NCBI GenBank assembly: GCA_002269645.1
Contig: NIVC01002412.1
Span: 62,001-126,000, forward strand
Direction: 5' to 3'
DNA: 64,000 nt
From: Macrostomum lignano
Taxonomy: Eukaryota
The notes below the pieces were generated by a model. That model did not search any database. It was not told where the DNA came from and saw nothing but the letters and a program-made list of their open reading frames with translations. Within the stretch, counting starts at the first letter, position 1; every line of letters begins with the position of its first letter. Below are positions 1 to 10,353 of the stretch, piece by piece. A program made the translations under genes and the position numbers.

Positions 1-823
1 CAGCTATGGGTTGGGCTATGCTTTTATTTAGAATGTAACAAACATATATTAGAATGAATAATTAAATAATTAATGTTTAAATGGGATAATTATATATACT
101 ATTTAGGCTAAAATTATAATTACGTCTATGTCCTAAATGTCCTAAAAATTTTTTCATAACAAACATTCTTTTAGCTATAGAATTGTGCTTTTATTACATT
201 TATAAAAGCTAATCTATTATTGTTTATTAAATATTACACTATTATTAATTTCCAATAAGCTGTACTAAAACGTAAAAAGTTGCTAATTTATGGCTACTTT
301 ATTATTAATTCACTTATCCTGTATAAAAAGTTAAACCTATCCGTCCTATAAGCAACAGTATTATAAAACATCGAACTTTAAACGCATAAATTGTATATTA
401 CATTAATTATCGAAAAAATAATGAAACGCAATGAAAGAATATGAATTGCCATGTTTGTTACAGAAAATTTACGTTAAAGATTTACGTATGAATCGCAGTA
501 AAATAATTTGGAAGTCTGCAATTGACAAATAATAGATCGACATTCAGCATGGCGATATTTTTAAAAAGGTGTATCTCGCGATGCGTTGAAACAAAAAAAA
601 CGTTGTGTCAGTTTTACTGAATTTATTGATCCTTTCAATACACTGAAAATCACGTTGAAAAAATATTTTTCAAATATCACTAATAATTATTTCTGCAAAA
701 AAGAAGATAAAAATTTCATATCGAAATTTCGACGTCAAATGAAGGTTCAAACGACTACTCATTTGTCGCAAGTTTTTGAAAGGCGAATATCGACGTCATT
801 TCGACGTGATTTTTACCGCCGGG

Positions 824-1330
824 CTGGAGCTGGGCTCAGGCACTGGGGTGAACTTCAAATACCTGCCATCTGGCGCCAGGCTCACTGCGCTCGACCCGCT
901 GTCGGAGGCGCGCGGCATTTTCACTCGAGCGGCTTCCAAAGAGGCCGGCGTCACCCTCGCCGTCTGTGTAACCGGCTTCGCCGAAGACCTGTCCTGCTTC
1001 CCAGACGAATACTTCGACGCCGTGTTCTGCACGCTGACCATGTGCACCGTGTGGGATCTGGACCGGATGCTCAAGGAGGTCAGACGGGTGCTCCGGCCTG
1101 GTGGACTGTTTCTGTTCATGGACCACACTCTGTCGGACCGGCCCCTGGTCCGAGCAGTGCAGTACGCTGTCACTCCGCTTTGGTACTTCGTGTATCAGGG
1201 CTGTCACTTCCGGCTGCCGCAGCGCTACGTAACGAGAGCTGGATTCTCCAAATGCGAGATTGACGAGCACGACGGTGGTCTCAATACGCCGATTATGCGT
1301 CGCATGGTGGACGGTTGTGCCATCAAGTGA
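824..1330 (+). CDS. METTL7A: METTL7/TMT1-like SAM-dependent methyltransferase, 5' part missing (internal exon or truncated copy)
   Basis: Translation has LELGSGTGVNFKY (SAM motif I), LTALDP, FDAVFCTLTMCTV and EVRRVLRPGGLFLFMDH, and ends GCAIK-stop, collinear with METTL7A/B. There is no ATG: the frame is closed upstream by TGA at 740-742, and the supplied ORF starts at a TTG. Confidence 0.8.
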   Translation: MELGSGTGVNFKYLPSGARLTALDPLSEARGIFTRAASKEAGVTLAVCVTGFAEDLSCFPDEYFDAVFCTLTMCTVWDLDRMLKEVRRVLRPGGLFLFMDHTLSDRPLVRAVQYAVTPLWYFVYQGCHFRLPQRYVTRAGFSKCEIDEHDGGLNTPIMRRMVDGCAIK

Positions 1331-1643
1331 AACCCAGCGAGCCCGACACCACAGCCGGTGCACAATGACCAAAATATTAGGAAATTTTTGCAAAATTCAA
1401 AGAATAAACTGCATGACAAACTGACCACGTGACGAGAGCCAGAATGTACGAGCTATCTAACATGAAATAGCTTTGCGCAAGACTGGGTATGGGAAATCAC
1501 TTATATCTACGTATTTTTGTCAACAATTTTTAAGCAATTTTGGTGCGGTTCTTATTTTAAAAGAAAAGCAATCCCTTGAACTAATACACAGTGAAATCTG
1601 TTGTTTACCAATTCAAACTTTTTTCCATTTACGCTCGTATATA

Positions 1644-2895
1644 CAGCATTTCCCGGTCAATAGCGCGGTACACGTTTCTAGATTCCTACAATCTGGTTCA
1701 CGACTACCACTGCTGGCATGTTGTACTCAAAATAGGGTTGCATTCAATAGACTTAGCGCTTTCTGTGATCTATTTAACTCACATCTCAAAAGTCACTGCT
1801 GTGATTCAATTTGGCTGAGCAAGTCCGTAGAAACCGAACGACAAATACTGATCGATCGGCAACGACTGGTTGATGCCTTTTGAAGCTGGCGACGACTGGA
1901 AGGCGCTGGCTAACGTCCTAAACATCAATAATTCCACTGCAAGATCGATCATCGCTACCTGGGTTCGAGAAGCTCGGACTGCCAAGCTGAGGTGTGTTGG
2001 AAGGCATGTGAGGATGGACGCCGAAATGAATTAGACCTAGTCTCCCAATCGGAACCATTAGTAACTCTCGTTGAAGTCAAGGAGCTTCTGCAGCAGAGAC
2101 TGCCTGCCCGGAAAGCCACCGGTGTCTATCTCTACCATCGCCAGAGTGCTGGAAGGACAGCTCAACACCTGCAAAGTTGCAGGCAAGGATGCCAATGCTC
2201 CTCTGGAGAGAAATCGGCCTGACGTCATCGTCGCCCGAAGGATTTCACCCGCTTTTTTTTTAATCTAGGGGCCAATCACCATCTTATCTTCTTAGACGAA
2301 TGCGGCTAAAATCTGCACACAAGGAGAACTATCGGCAGAGCAGCACGAGGTGAGCGAGTTCGACGCCAAGTATGTGGGTCGAGAGGTCGAAACGTCGTAC
2401 TTACATTGGCCATCTCTTCTGGGCTCTGCGTCACCGGTTGCGACAAGAAACCGTCACTCGTCAAACGTTTCAAGGGTTCATTGACGAGCTAGTGCAGCTG
2501 GCGGCCGCGATACAACGAAACCTGTACCATCATCTTCGACGTCGCCAGATCGCATCTTCGATTCTTCGTTTTCCTGTCCCCAGCAATTCGCTGGCCAATT
2601 CCAATTGCGCATGTTGCCAGCCTACAGCCCAATGTTAAACCCCACCGAGCAGGCTCACAGCTCACCTGCAGTGGCGTGTCAAATAGCTGATGCTGAAAAT
2701 AATCACCGGAATGAAGGCCTCAGCCTCTGCGACTGGCGTGCAAGAATTCTAATCAATAAATCGATAGTGCGGACAAACGTGCGAAACTGTTTGCACTTTT
2801 TGAACGACTGATGATGGACAGAAAAATTCTCCGAACCAGATTGCAGGAATCTAGAAACTGACTATGTGTACCGCGCTATTGACCGGGAAATGCTA
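1644..2895 (+). mobile_element. Degenerate Tc1/mariner (IS630-like) DNA transposon
   Basis: Inverted termini of about 55 bp: CAGCATTTCCCGGTCAATAGCGCGGTACAC..TTTCTAGATTCCTACAATCTGGTTC from 1644, with its reverse complement at 2833-2895. Both ends are flanked by TA (1642-1643, 2896-2897). The interior has broken transposase motifs IFLDECG (about 2286) and LPAYSPMLNPTEQ (about 2614) with stops and frameshifts. Confidence 0.88.
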
Positions 2896-3713
2896 TACAA
2901 ACTCTGTTATAATTTATCAAGTCCAACTGTTGGTGCAATTGTTAGTACCTCGTACGGTACATGATGCTTAATCTTGTTTTCAGATTCTGATACAAGTAGT
3001 ACTACAAGTAGTTATTGAAGTACAAGTATTGCGCAGTTTAAATTAATTTGATTATTTGTTTCTCCAGTGTTTATTAAGCCTATAAAATAATAAAACCAGC
3101 TACTCTAAACATGGCAAATGCAAATGTGAATGCTAATGCCTGTTAGCTTTGGAATCGAGCTTTTAAATCAAGCTTAAGGAATTTATTTGTTTGTTTATTT
3201 TTAAACGAACCGACTTAAATATAGGCTTAAAGCACCAAGAGTATACAGGAAGATCGAGAATAGTATCAATTAGAGAACAAAATAGAATTACAATGCAATT
3301 ATTTGATGGATTTCTGGTACAAATAATTTGTCCCAGCTAGTTAGGGAAGCTTAAAAAGTAAAAAATCGAATGAGCAAGTTGAAAATGAATAAACGCATTT
3401 TGAATAGAAATGTAATAGACTAAATTATAACTATAAAATGCAACACTGACTACTGCTGACTTGTATAATAATCTATTTTTGGATGAGAATTTTTTATTCA
3501 AAATTAAAGAATAAAGAAACAAAAAATATAAAAATGAGAGCAAAGCATTGCACTGCAACAGAATCAGTAGAAACTGGATTATATTTTGTAAACACGCTAC
3601 GCTCGATAAATTGATGGTTACATTTATATTAAGCAACAAACCAATTCATCTAAATTCGTCTGCTTGTAGATTATCATTTCTTTTTTATTTAAGTCACTCG
3701 ACCCACTCGAGCT

Positions 3714-6700
3714 TCAACAAGCCCGAGTGGCGGCAGCAGCCGCGGCAGCAGCGGCGGCGGCTTTCTGCGCCTGGGCTTCGGCCACAGCGATTGGCCGACG
3801 AAACAGAATGATATGCGGCTCGGGCTGGTGCACCATATAGTTCACCCAGCCTTCGCTCTGCTGGATGCCAATCCCGCGCCATTCGTCTTCGGTCATTACC
3901 CGATTCTTGGGCACATAGACTAGCAACTCCTTGGGCAGGTGGCAGTGCCTGGTTGGTGGAATATGGGGCCAAAATGCAGCGTGTATTGGCTAATTATAAG
4001 TATATTATGACAACAAAATTATTTACATATTGCAGCACCCAATTAGGATGGCAAAAGTACATTTTGATTTTTATCAAAAAGCCAAGGTGTTAGGACTACA
4101 GTGTTCTGGTGCCAAAAAAACTGCAAAAGTAAGTATCTTTTCGAAACCTAAGGAAATTTGGTTGGTAAATTTTGTATCATATTTTCCCCTCCAAAAGCAC
4201 TGTGAGGTGCTGCCAGATGCCTGAAAATACTCCAAATTATTCTTAACTCTATATTACAATTAATTCAAGGCCCTAGGCTCAACCCAAAACCACCCTGTTG
4301 CACTACATAGGTTAGCATGCAAAATAATTTTACCTGTCAATCAACACCATCACTCAAACTTCAATTTTTTATATTGTAAAGTCTAGAAAGTTGTTTTGTT
4401 AAAAAAACTTATATTTACAATTACAAAAGCACTGGCAGATCTGAGGGGCTTAAGGGGTTGGCCTAAGAAAATTAAGTGGGTCAAGATCCCCTCAGCAAAA
4501 ATTCTAGTTCCGCCAGTGCTCACAGTCTTTCTGTCAATCTAGAGCAGCTCTGGGTGCATAGTGCAATGGTTTGGTACTTCTTTAATAGAATCAATTTTAA
4601 TATTTAAATATTTGAAGCCAAAAATATATCTGTTAGCTATTATATTATGCCTGTTTTGGATGGTTTAATTAGATTGTTTTTAGAGGTTGGATTGGATCCT
4701 GATCCTAATCCCAAAGTCTTAAGATCCTAAGGAAAATTAGATTCCCATGGGATTGGAATCTTGACATTAAAAAATAAAAATTAGGAACAGGTCTTTTGAT
4801 TCAGAATTTATATAGTTAGTGATTACCTGAATGCATTTTGTTTTAATCTGTACTCATTATATTGTTATATAGTATTTTAATAGCTAATCTTTTTAAATGG
4901 CATATTGCATGTCTCTTCTTTATAACTCTATATATGGATCTACAAACTATAGTACACAAAAGACCTGATCCCAATCTTGCCCAATGATTTCAATCCAATG
5001 GAACCTTTAATTGTGTCCAATAAATTTTAATCATATTTAAGCATGCAATTCTTAGTCTTTCTGCAAGTATATATTGGTTTTTTGTACATAAAGTGTGCAT
5101 ATACATCCTAAATTTTGAAATTGCACCTAGAAATTAAATATTTAATAAGATAATTAAATCTTCCTAACTTAAACCTTCTAACTACTCTTGTCTTAAATAA
5201 ATATTTTAGGCTTATTACAATAATATAAAAGGCTATTTACTAGCTAAATTGGTTTATCTAAGGCCCTAAAAAGGCTTATCATCTACTAGCAAGCTAAGAT
5301 AACCTTTAAAACTCTATCCAGTTTTCTACACTGCATATCAAAATTGATCATTTTATCTTTTGATTAATATATTGTACAAAGGGCCTATTGACTACTAGCT
5401 TTCAAGCTGATAGGGGGGAATTTCAGGATATCAAGACTTATGTTGTATAGGAAGAATAGCTAAAATGTCAAAGCTTATAGGAAGAATTGCTAAGATGTCA
5501 AGGTTTATAGGAGGATAGGTAAGATATCAAGGCTTCTAAGAAATATTGCTAAAATATTAAGGCTTATAGGAGGGAAGGGTTTGCTAAGATATCAATGCTT
5601 ATGTAGAGGTATTGCTAAGATACATACAGGCCCAACAGCCATCCAACCTATCCGAACTAGATGGGTGAAATGGCTATTGGCCAAGGTAAGTTGCTAAATC
5701 AAAAATGCAAAAAACAAAAAAGGGGGAAGAAAAAAAAGGAGAAAAAGAAAAAACAAAAAGGAAAGAGAAAGAGAGAGGGATAAGAGGAGAGAAAAATAGA
5801 AAAAGAAGAAAAGAGAAAAAGTCAAGAAAAGTTATATACAAAGTGAAAATTAAGTTGCAATTGGGGAAACTAAATTGCAATTGGGAGGAACTAAGTTGCA
5901 ATTGGGAGGAACTAAGTTGCAAATCTGGACAAAACTAAGTTGCACTGGACAGCAGGACAGGTGAAATTTTAAGGTTGGGCATATATGCTAAGATATCAAA
6001 TATTATAAAAGCTATATTCTAAAAAGTGGCATTTTTAAATATATTTTGTCCTTGCTAACAATATTGGCATACACTTGGCATATAAATTTTTCAAGTTCAA
6101 CATTACTATTAGTCCATAGTTTGGAAAGCAATATGTACACCAGGATTTCTTAGTATAGAACAAGGTTCTTATTATTATTCAGCATATATCAGGATATATC
6201 TTAGCACATACATGTGCAACCCCCCTGATTTACACTGGCCATGCAACCCACGGTTCGGATCGTGTAGTAGTGTACACTGGAACAAGAATCCTATCTCAGC
6301 TAAATGTACGCCGGTGTATGCCAAAAACAAAAAAATCCCTAAAATGTACGCCAAAAATTCATTCTAAAAAGGTCATTCAGTTTTCACGAGTACAGTTTTT
6401 TAAGAAAGGCTTTCATACAAAAATTCTTTCAAATATTACGAATATATTCATTTTAAACAAACTTAAATTAAACCTATAGAAAAAAGAATGCAAAATTTAC
6501 ATTCTTAGCAATAATTTACACAAGTTTTATTCATGGTTAATTTTAAAAAAGCAAAAAGTTTATCACTGACTTTCTAGACTATACAAATTTTCCTTCATTT
6601 TATGTAAAAAATAAAAAGGGTTAATTTACATTACAATTTTTATACACGGCATGAATTTATTCACCAAAATTGGTACGCCAAAAATTTTTCAAGCTCAAAG

Positions 6701-9318
6701 TGGTACGCTAAAGTGGTATGCCAAAATAGCCAAACTTTTCAATGGTACGCTGGAAAATTCCGGCTTACATGTAACCTTCCTGAGTGTGGCATGCAACTTA
6801 CTTTTTGACCAAAAATGCAACTTACCTGTGAAAGAAACCTACCGCAATTTTGGGTAAATGGCAGGAGTAACTATGAATGTCTTATAAGGGCTAAATGCCT
6901 CGTCATCTTATTAGTACTACATCTGTATTCTTTAGGCTGGGCATTTTTGCGACTTACTTACCCTTGCTCCACCACAATTTACGGTGGCCAGATCAGCCAG
7001 GTCGGCCAGCAGTTGCGCATGTATGTCTTAGCTTACATGACATAGCAGATACATTGTGTCAAATGATAATTTTTTATATTGGCACACAAACCTGGTTTTG
7101 CCATTTTTCTGATAATAATGTAACTTACTATTACTAGGAAAACAAAAGTAAAAGAAATAATAATAGTTTTGAACATTAACATTATTAAAGTTTAGTAAAA
7201 CTTATTTTAGTGCAAAAAAATGTTTTTATCAAAAAAACTTAGTATATAAACAAACTTTATACTATGCATATATTTTTTATTTACATTGGCATAAAATTGG
7301 AATAACTAGAATTTTAATTCTAGCATGTGCTTGCCATGATTCAGACTATAGGATAAGTCTAGACCACTGGCGATCCTACAGTTTTCCGCTTTTAATTATT
7401 TTTTGGTTTTTTTCTGCATTTCAGCTAAGCCACAATGGCCAGTCATCCATCTGCACCAACAACAGTCATCCCACCTGCAGAAATTGAACCTGCCAATGCA
7501 TTGGCTGCCCTGGATGTCAGTCATCGGGAGCTGGTACTGCTGATACCAGACACGCAATCGGCAATGCGCTGGCTCAGTTGTTATGGGCTAATCTGAAACT
7601 CTTTGCAGTGCGAGAAATGCAACATTGCTATGAGCCTATGTTGCCACAAAGCTGCTGACTGTAGCGATGGCTGGCAAGTGGCGTTGGGCTTGCAAGATAT
7701 GTCAGCGACATAGGGCCATAAGTTTATTGGGCAATCTTCAAGTTTCGTTTGTTAAATTCTTTTTTCAATGATTTCTGAACTATCTTGCTCTGAGATTATT
7801 ATTTTCGAGCTCTCCAGTGTACCCAGCCCTTTCCTAGCTGAGAAAGTAGCAGCTTTGTTAATATTAACCTCTAAGGTACCATAAAGCTGGAAATATAAGA
7901 TGCAAACAAGCAAAGCTAACATATAACGCTGAGTACAAACAGACAGAAATAGTAACACAGTGGGGTACAACAGGGGCAGTAGTAGCAGTCCAGTTCAGTA
8001 GCAACAGTTAAGCACATAGAACTCAATGCTTAGACACTATAGTAATGTGCGATCCAGTATAGGATGTTCCTAAATGGATTGACAGGGTGCAGACGGCACC
8101 ATATGAACTCATCCAGGTAGGTTTCAAACAGGGCCTGTGATGTACCATGCATTGCCCTTAGCTTGGCCTTGCAGTATGCCCAAGTGCCCTTGATTAGGTT
8201 TGTATGTACAGTTGGGTCTAGAGGGTTCACAAAGGCCAATTGGTGGTTTACCACCACATGGTTCTGCAGTTGGCCATAAGTTGTCAAGGTGATATCGCAC
8301 AAAGCTGCAGCTGGTTGCACTTATGGCGATGCTACTAGTACAATAAAAGTGGGTACCGCTGGTCGTCCTGCCATAGTGTATTAGTCTTATAGTGTATTAG
8401 CTGCTTGTCTATTAACTGCTTATGATATTACTCCATGCCACTCCTAAAGTTGCGTACAGTAGCATCTTTATTCCCCATAGACGTTCTTTGCTAAAATGCC
8501 ACGTCAGTGAAAGCCACGTCATCATTATGTTACCATAATATGGGCCATAGACATTCCTTTGCTTACCAATGGCTTTATGGTACATTAGATATATAATATT
8601 AACAAAACTGCTACTTTCTCAGCTAGGAAAGGGCTGGGTACACTGGAGAGCTCGAAAATAATCATCTCAGAGCAAGATAATTCAGAAATTGAAAAAATAA
8701 TTTAACGAACGAAACTTGAAGATTGCCGTTTATTGTCATTTTTTATGCTGTGTCATAATTTTTCAAAAAATAATTAAAAGTGGAAAACTGTAGGATCGCC
8801 AGACCACTTTCTATGCTAGAATTTTCCATGAAAAAAACAAAGGAAATTCCTAACTATGAATTAAAACAATTGTAGTGGAGTAGGCTAGGCCTAGGTCTAG
8901 GAGAAAGCTAAAATTTGATAAACTAATGTTTGACACAATGGCTTAGATACATGAAATCAGTTGCTATTTCGAGTTGCTAATAAGTAATAACTGGGCTTAA
9001 GAAAGCATCCTTTTGGTCTTTATTAAAATCTGAAGACCTAACTGACATAAGCCATAAGGCCTAGGCCCTAATCTTGTATGAAAATTCTTTGTAGTATTGC
9101 CCTCCTAAGCAGGATTCTAAGCTTCATATAAAAATATGATTGCAGACTCGGAACGTATACTGATAATATACAGATACAAAGATTTAAAAATGTAATACTA
9201 GCCTACTAGGCTTAGTGTATACTACTAGTCAAGCTTACCGGTATTCATAAACGTCGTCTCTGTACTTTTCAGAGTAATAGATTTTCTTCCGTAGTGCTGG
9301 GTCAATGTAGTGAGCCAT
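3714..9318 (-). CDS. CKS1: Cyclin-dependent kinase regulatory subunit CKS1/Suc1, 2 exons, 104 aa
   Basis: Exon 1 at 9318-9239 gives [28 protein letters not shown], followed by donor GTAAG. Exon 2 at 3948-3714 follows a CAG acceptor and gives [52 protein letters not shown]...stop. Phases match (80+235=315 nt). An AATAAA on the minus strand lies at about 3684-3689. Confidence 0.96.
4430..4518. mobile_element. Short hAT-like MITE remnant
   Basis: CACTGGCAGATC...TTCCGCCAGTG imperfect terminal inverted repeats around a G/C-run core. No TSD seen. Confidence 0.4.
5400..5620. repeat. Degenerate ~29-bp tandem repeat (GCTAAGATATCAAGGCTTATAGGA...)
   Basis: About 6 diverged copies visible in the CKS1 intron. 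Confidence 0.6.
5628..5981. mobile_element. Possible MITE with internal AAGTTGCAATTGGGAGGAACT repeats
   Basis: GCCCAAC at the left end and GTTGGGC at about 5974-5980. Internal 21-bp AAGTTGCA repeats at 5853-5945. No TSD confirmed. Confidence 0.35.
7369..8800. mobile_element. Merlin (IS1016/ISXO2-like) DNA transposon, decayed and internally rearranged, in the CKS1 intron
   Basis: TIR GGCGATCCTACAGTTTTCC(G/A)CTTTTAATTATTTTTT at both ends. Perfect 8-bp TSD AGACCACT at 7361-7368 and 8801-8808. The transposase C-terminus ([42 protein letters not shown]) is on the minus strand at 8030-8390. An N-terminal zinc-ribbon-like part ([23 protein letters not shown]) is on the plus strand at about 7500-7690. 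Confidence 0.92.
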
Positions 9319-9700
9319 TGGAACTGAAAAAATGCTGTTCAGGGGATAAATAGCTTAACGTCAGACTGTGAAAAATAGTCTCCTCGTCTTAAAGAAATGC
9401 TTGCTTCGGAAACATGATCTCAAATTCACACAAAGAACGCGCTTGAAATTATTTGAAGTTGTATTTCACTGAAACAAAAAATAACTATTGTACAACAACT
9501 CTGCCTTCAGCAAGCATTGCTTACAGAAAAATAAACTCAGAAATGTTTTGAGTAGTCTTATTTTAGGTACAACATCTATTTTTTTATTTTTGGTATCTTA
9601 AAGATAGCTCACGTTTGAATGGCGAATAGAGCGTGGACTCGGCGCGAGAGTTGGCACATGTGAGAAAAAAGTGTGCAATCTAGCTTTAATGGAGGTAAGC
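9319..9700. promoter_or_regulatory. Putative bidirectional promoter region between CKS1 (-) and TTLL6/13 (+)
   Basis: Head-to-head geometry. A + strand donor (GAG|GTAAGC) at 9695 suggests a TTLL 5' exon ending at 9694. CHR-like TTTGAA at 9452 and 9614 and an E2F-like GGCGCG at 9641 are short motifs and weak evidence. Confidence 0.45.
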
Positions 9701-10353
9701 CTTTCGTATTATGTGTAGTTGTCTTCCAGAAAAACCTTTTATTTACTAGTATCTTTGTCCATTGGATCTGTATATTTTTTGGATGCGAAGAAAGGACGAC
9801 TTAAGAACGTCCTTGCGCATCCTACAACATGTATGTTAATTAAAAATCATGCCCAGCATTTTGCGGCAATTTCATCGTGCATACACTTCCTAGATCGCAA
9901 TCACTGTGCCTTAAAATAACTTATGTAGGAAGCTAAGGATACAACCGGTGGAAAATATATTGAAGAACTAGCTGTGGAGCAATAGTAAATAATATTAGTC
10001 TAGCTGCCTATTTTATACCTCTATAAGTTTCTTATGTCGATTCGGCAATTAGAGCAATCGCTCCTAGAAAGCTTGTATCGATATTAATTTTGAGGATAGA
10101 GTAATTTTGTAATTTTATAAACTTATTGAAAGATACGAGCGTATAGAAATTCTGTTCTCTAAGATTTTCAATGCTCCGTTGCATGTTTTTTATGTTTTAT
10201 ACTCACCCGTATTTTGCCATTGATCGATTCTGCAATCGATAAGTTACAACTAGAAAACAAAATATAAAAATCGGGGAATAAAGCACCGCTTTTTACCTCT
10301 TAGAATCCCACAACTTTTCTTCCATAGAATGTACTCCTATTGAACTAGCACGC

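Noticed and set aside
586-1393. ORFs 586-1263 (+), 796-1173 (-) and 836-1393 (-)
   Set aside because: Shadow frames of the GC-rich METTL7-like exon with no recognisable motifs.
3694-3972. ORF MAPYSTNQ... as the CKS1 start
   Set aside because: Wrong frame. The real N-terminus is exon 1 at 9318-9239, spliced to the acceptor at 3949-3950.
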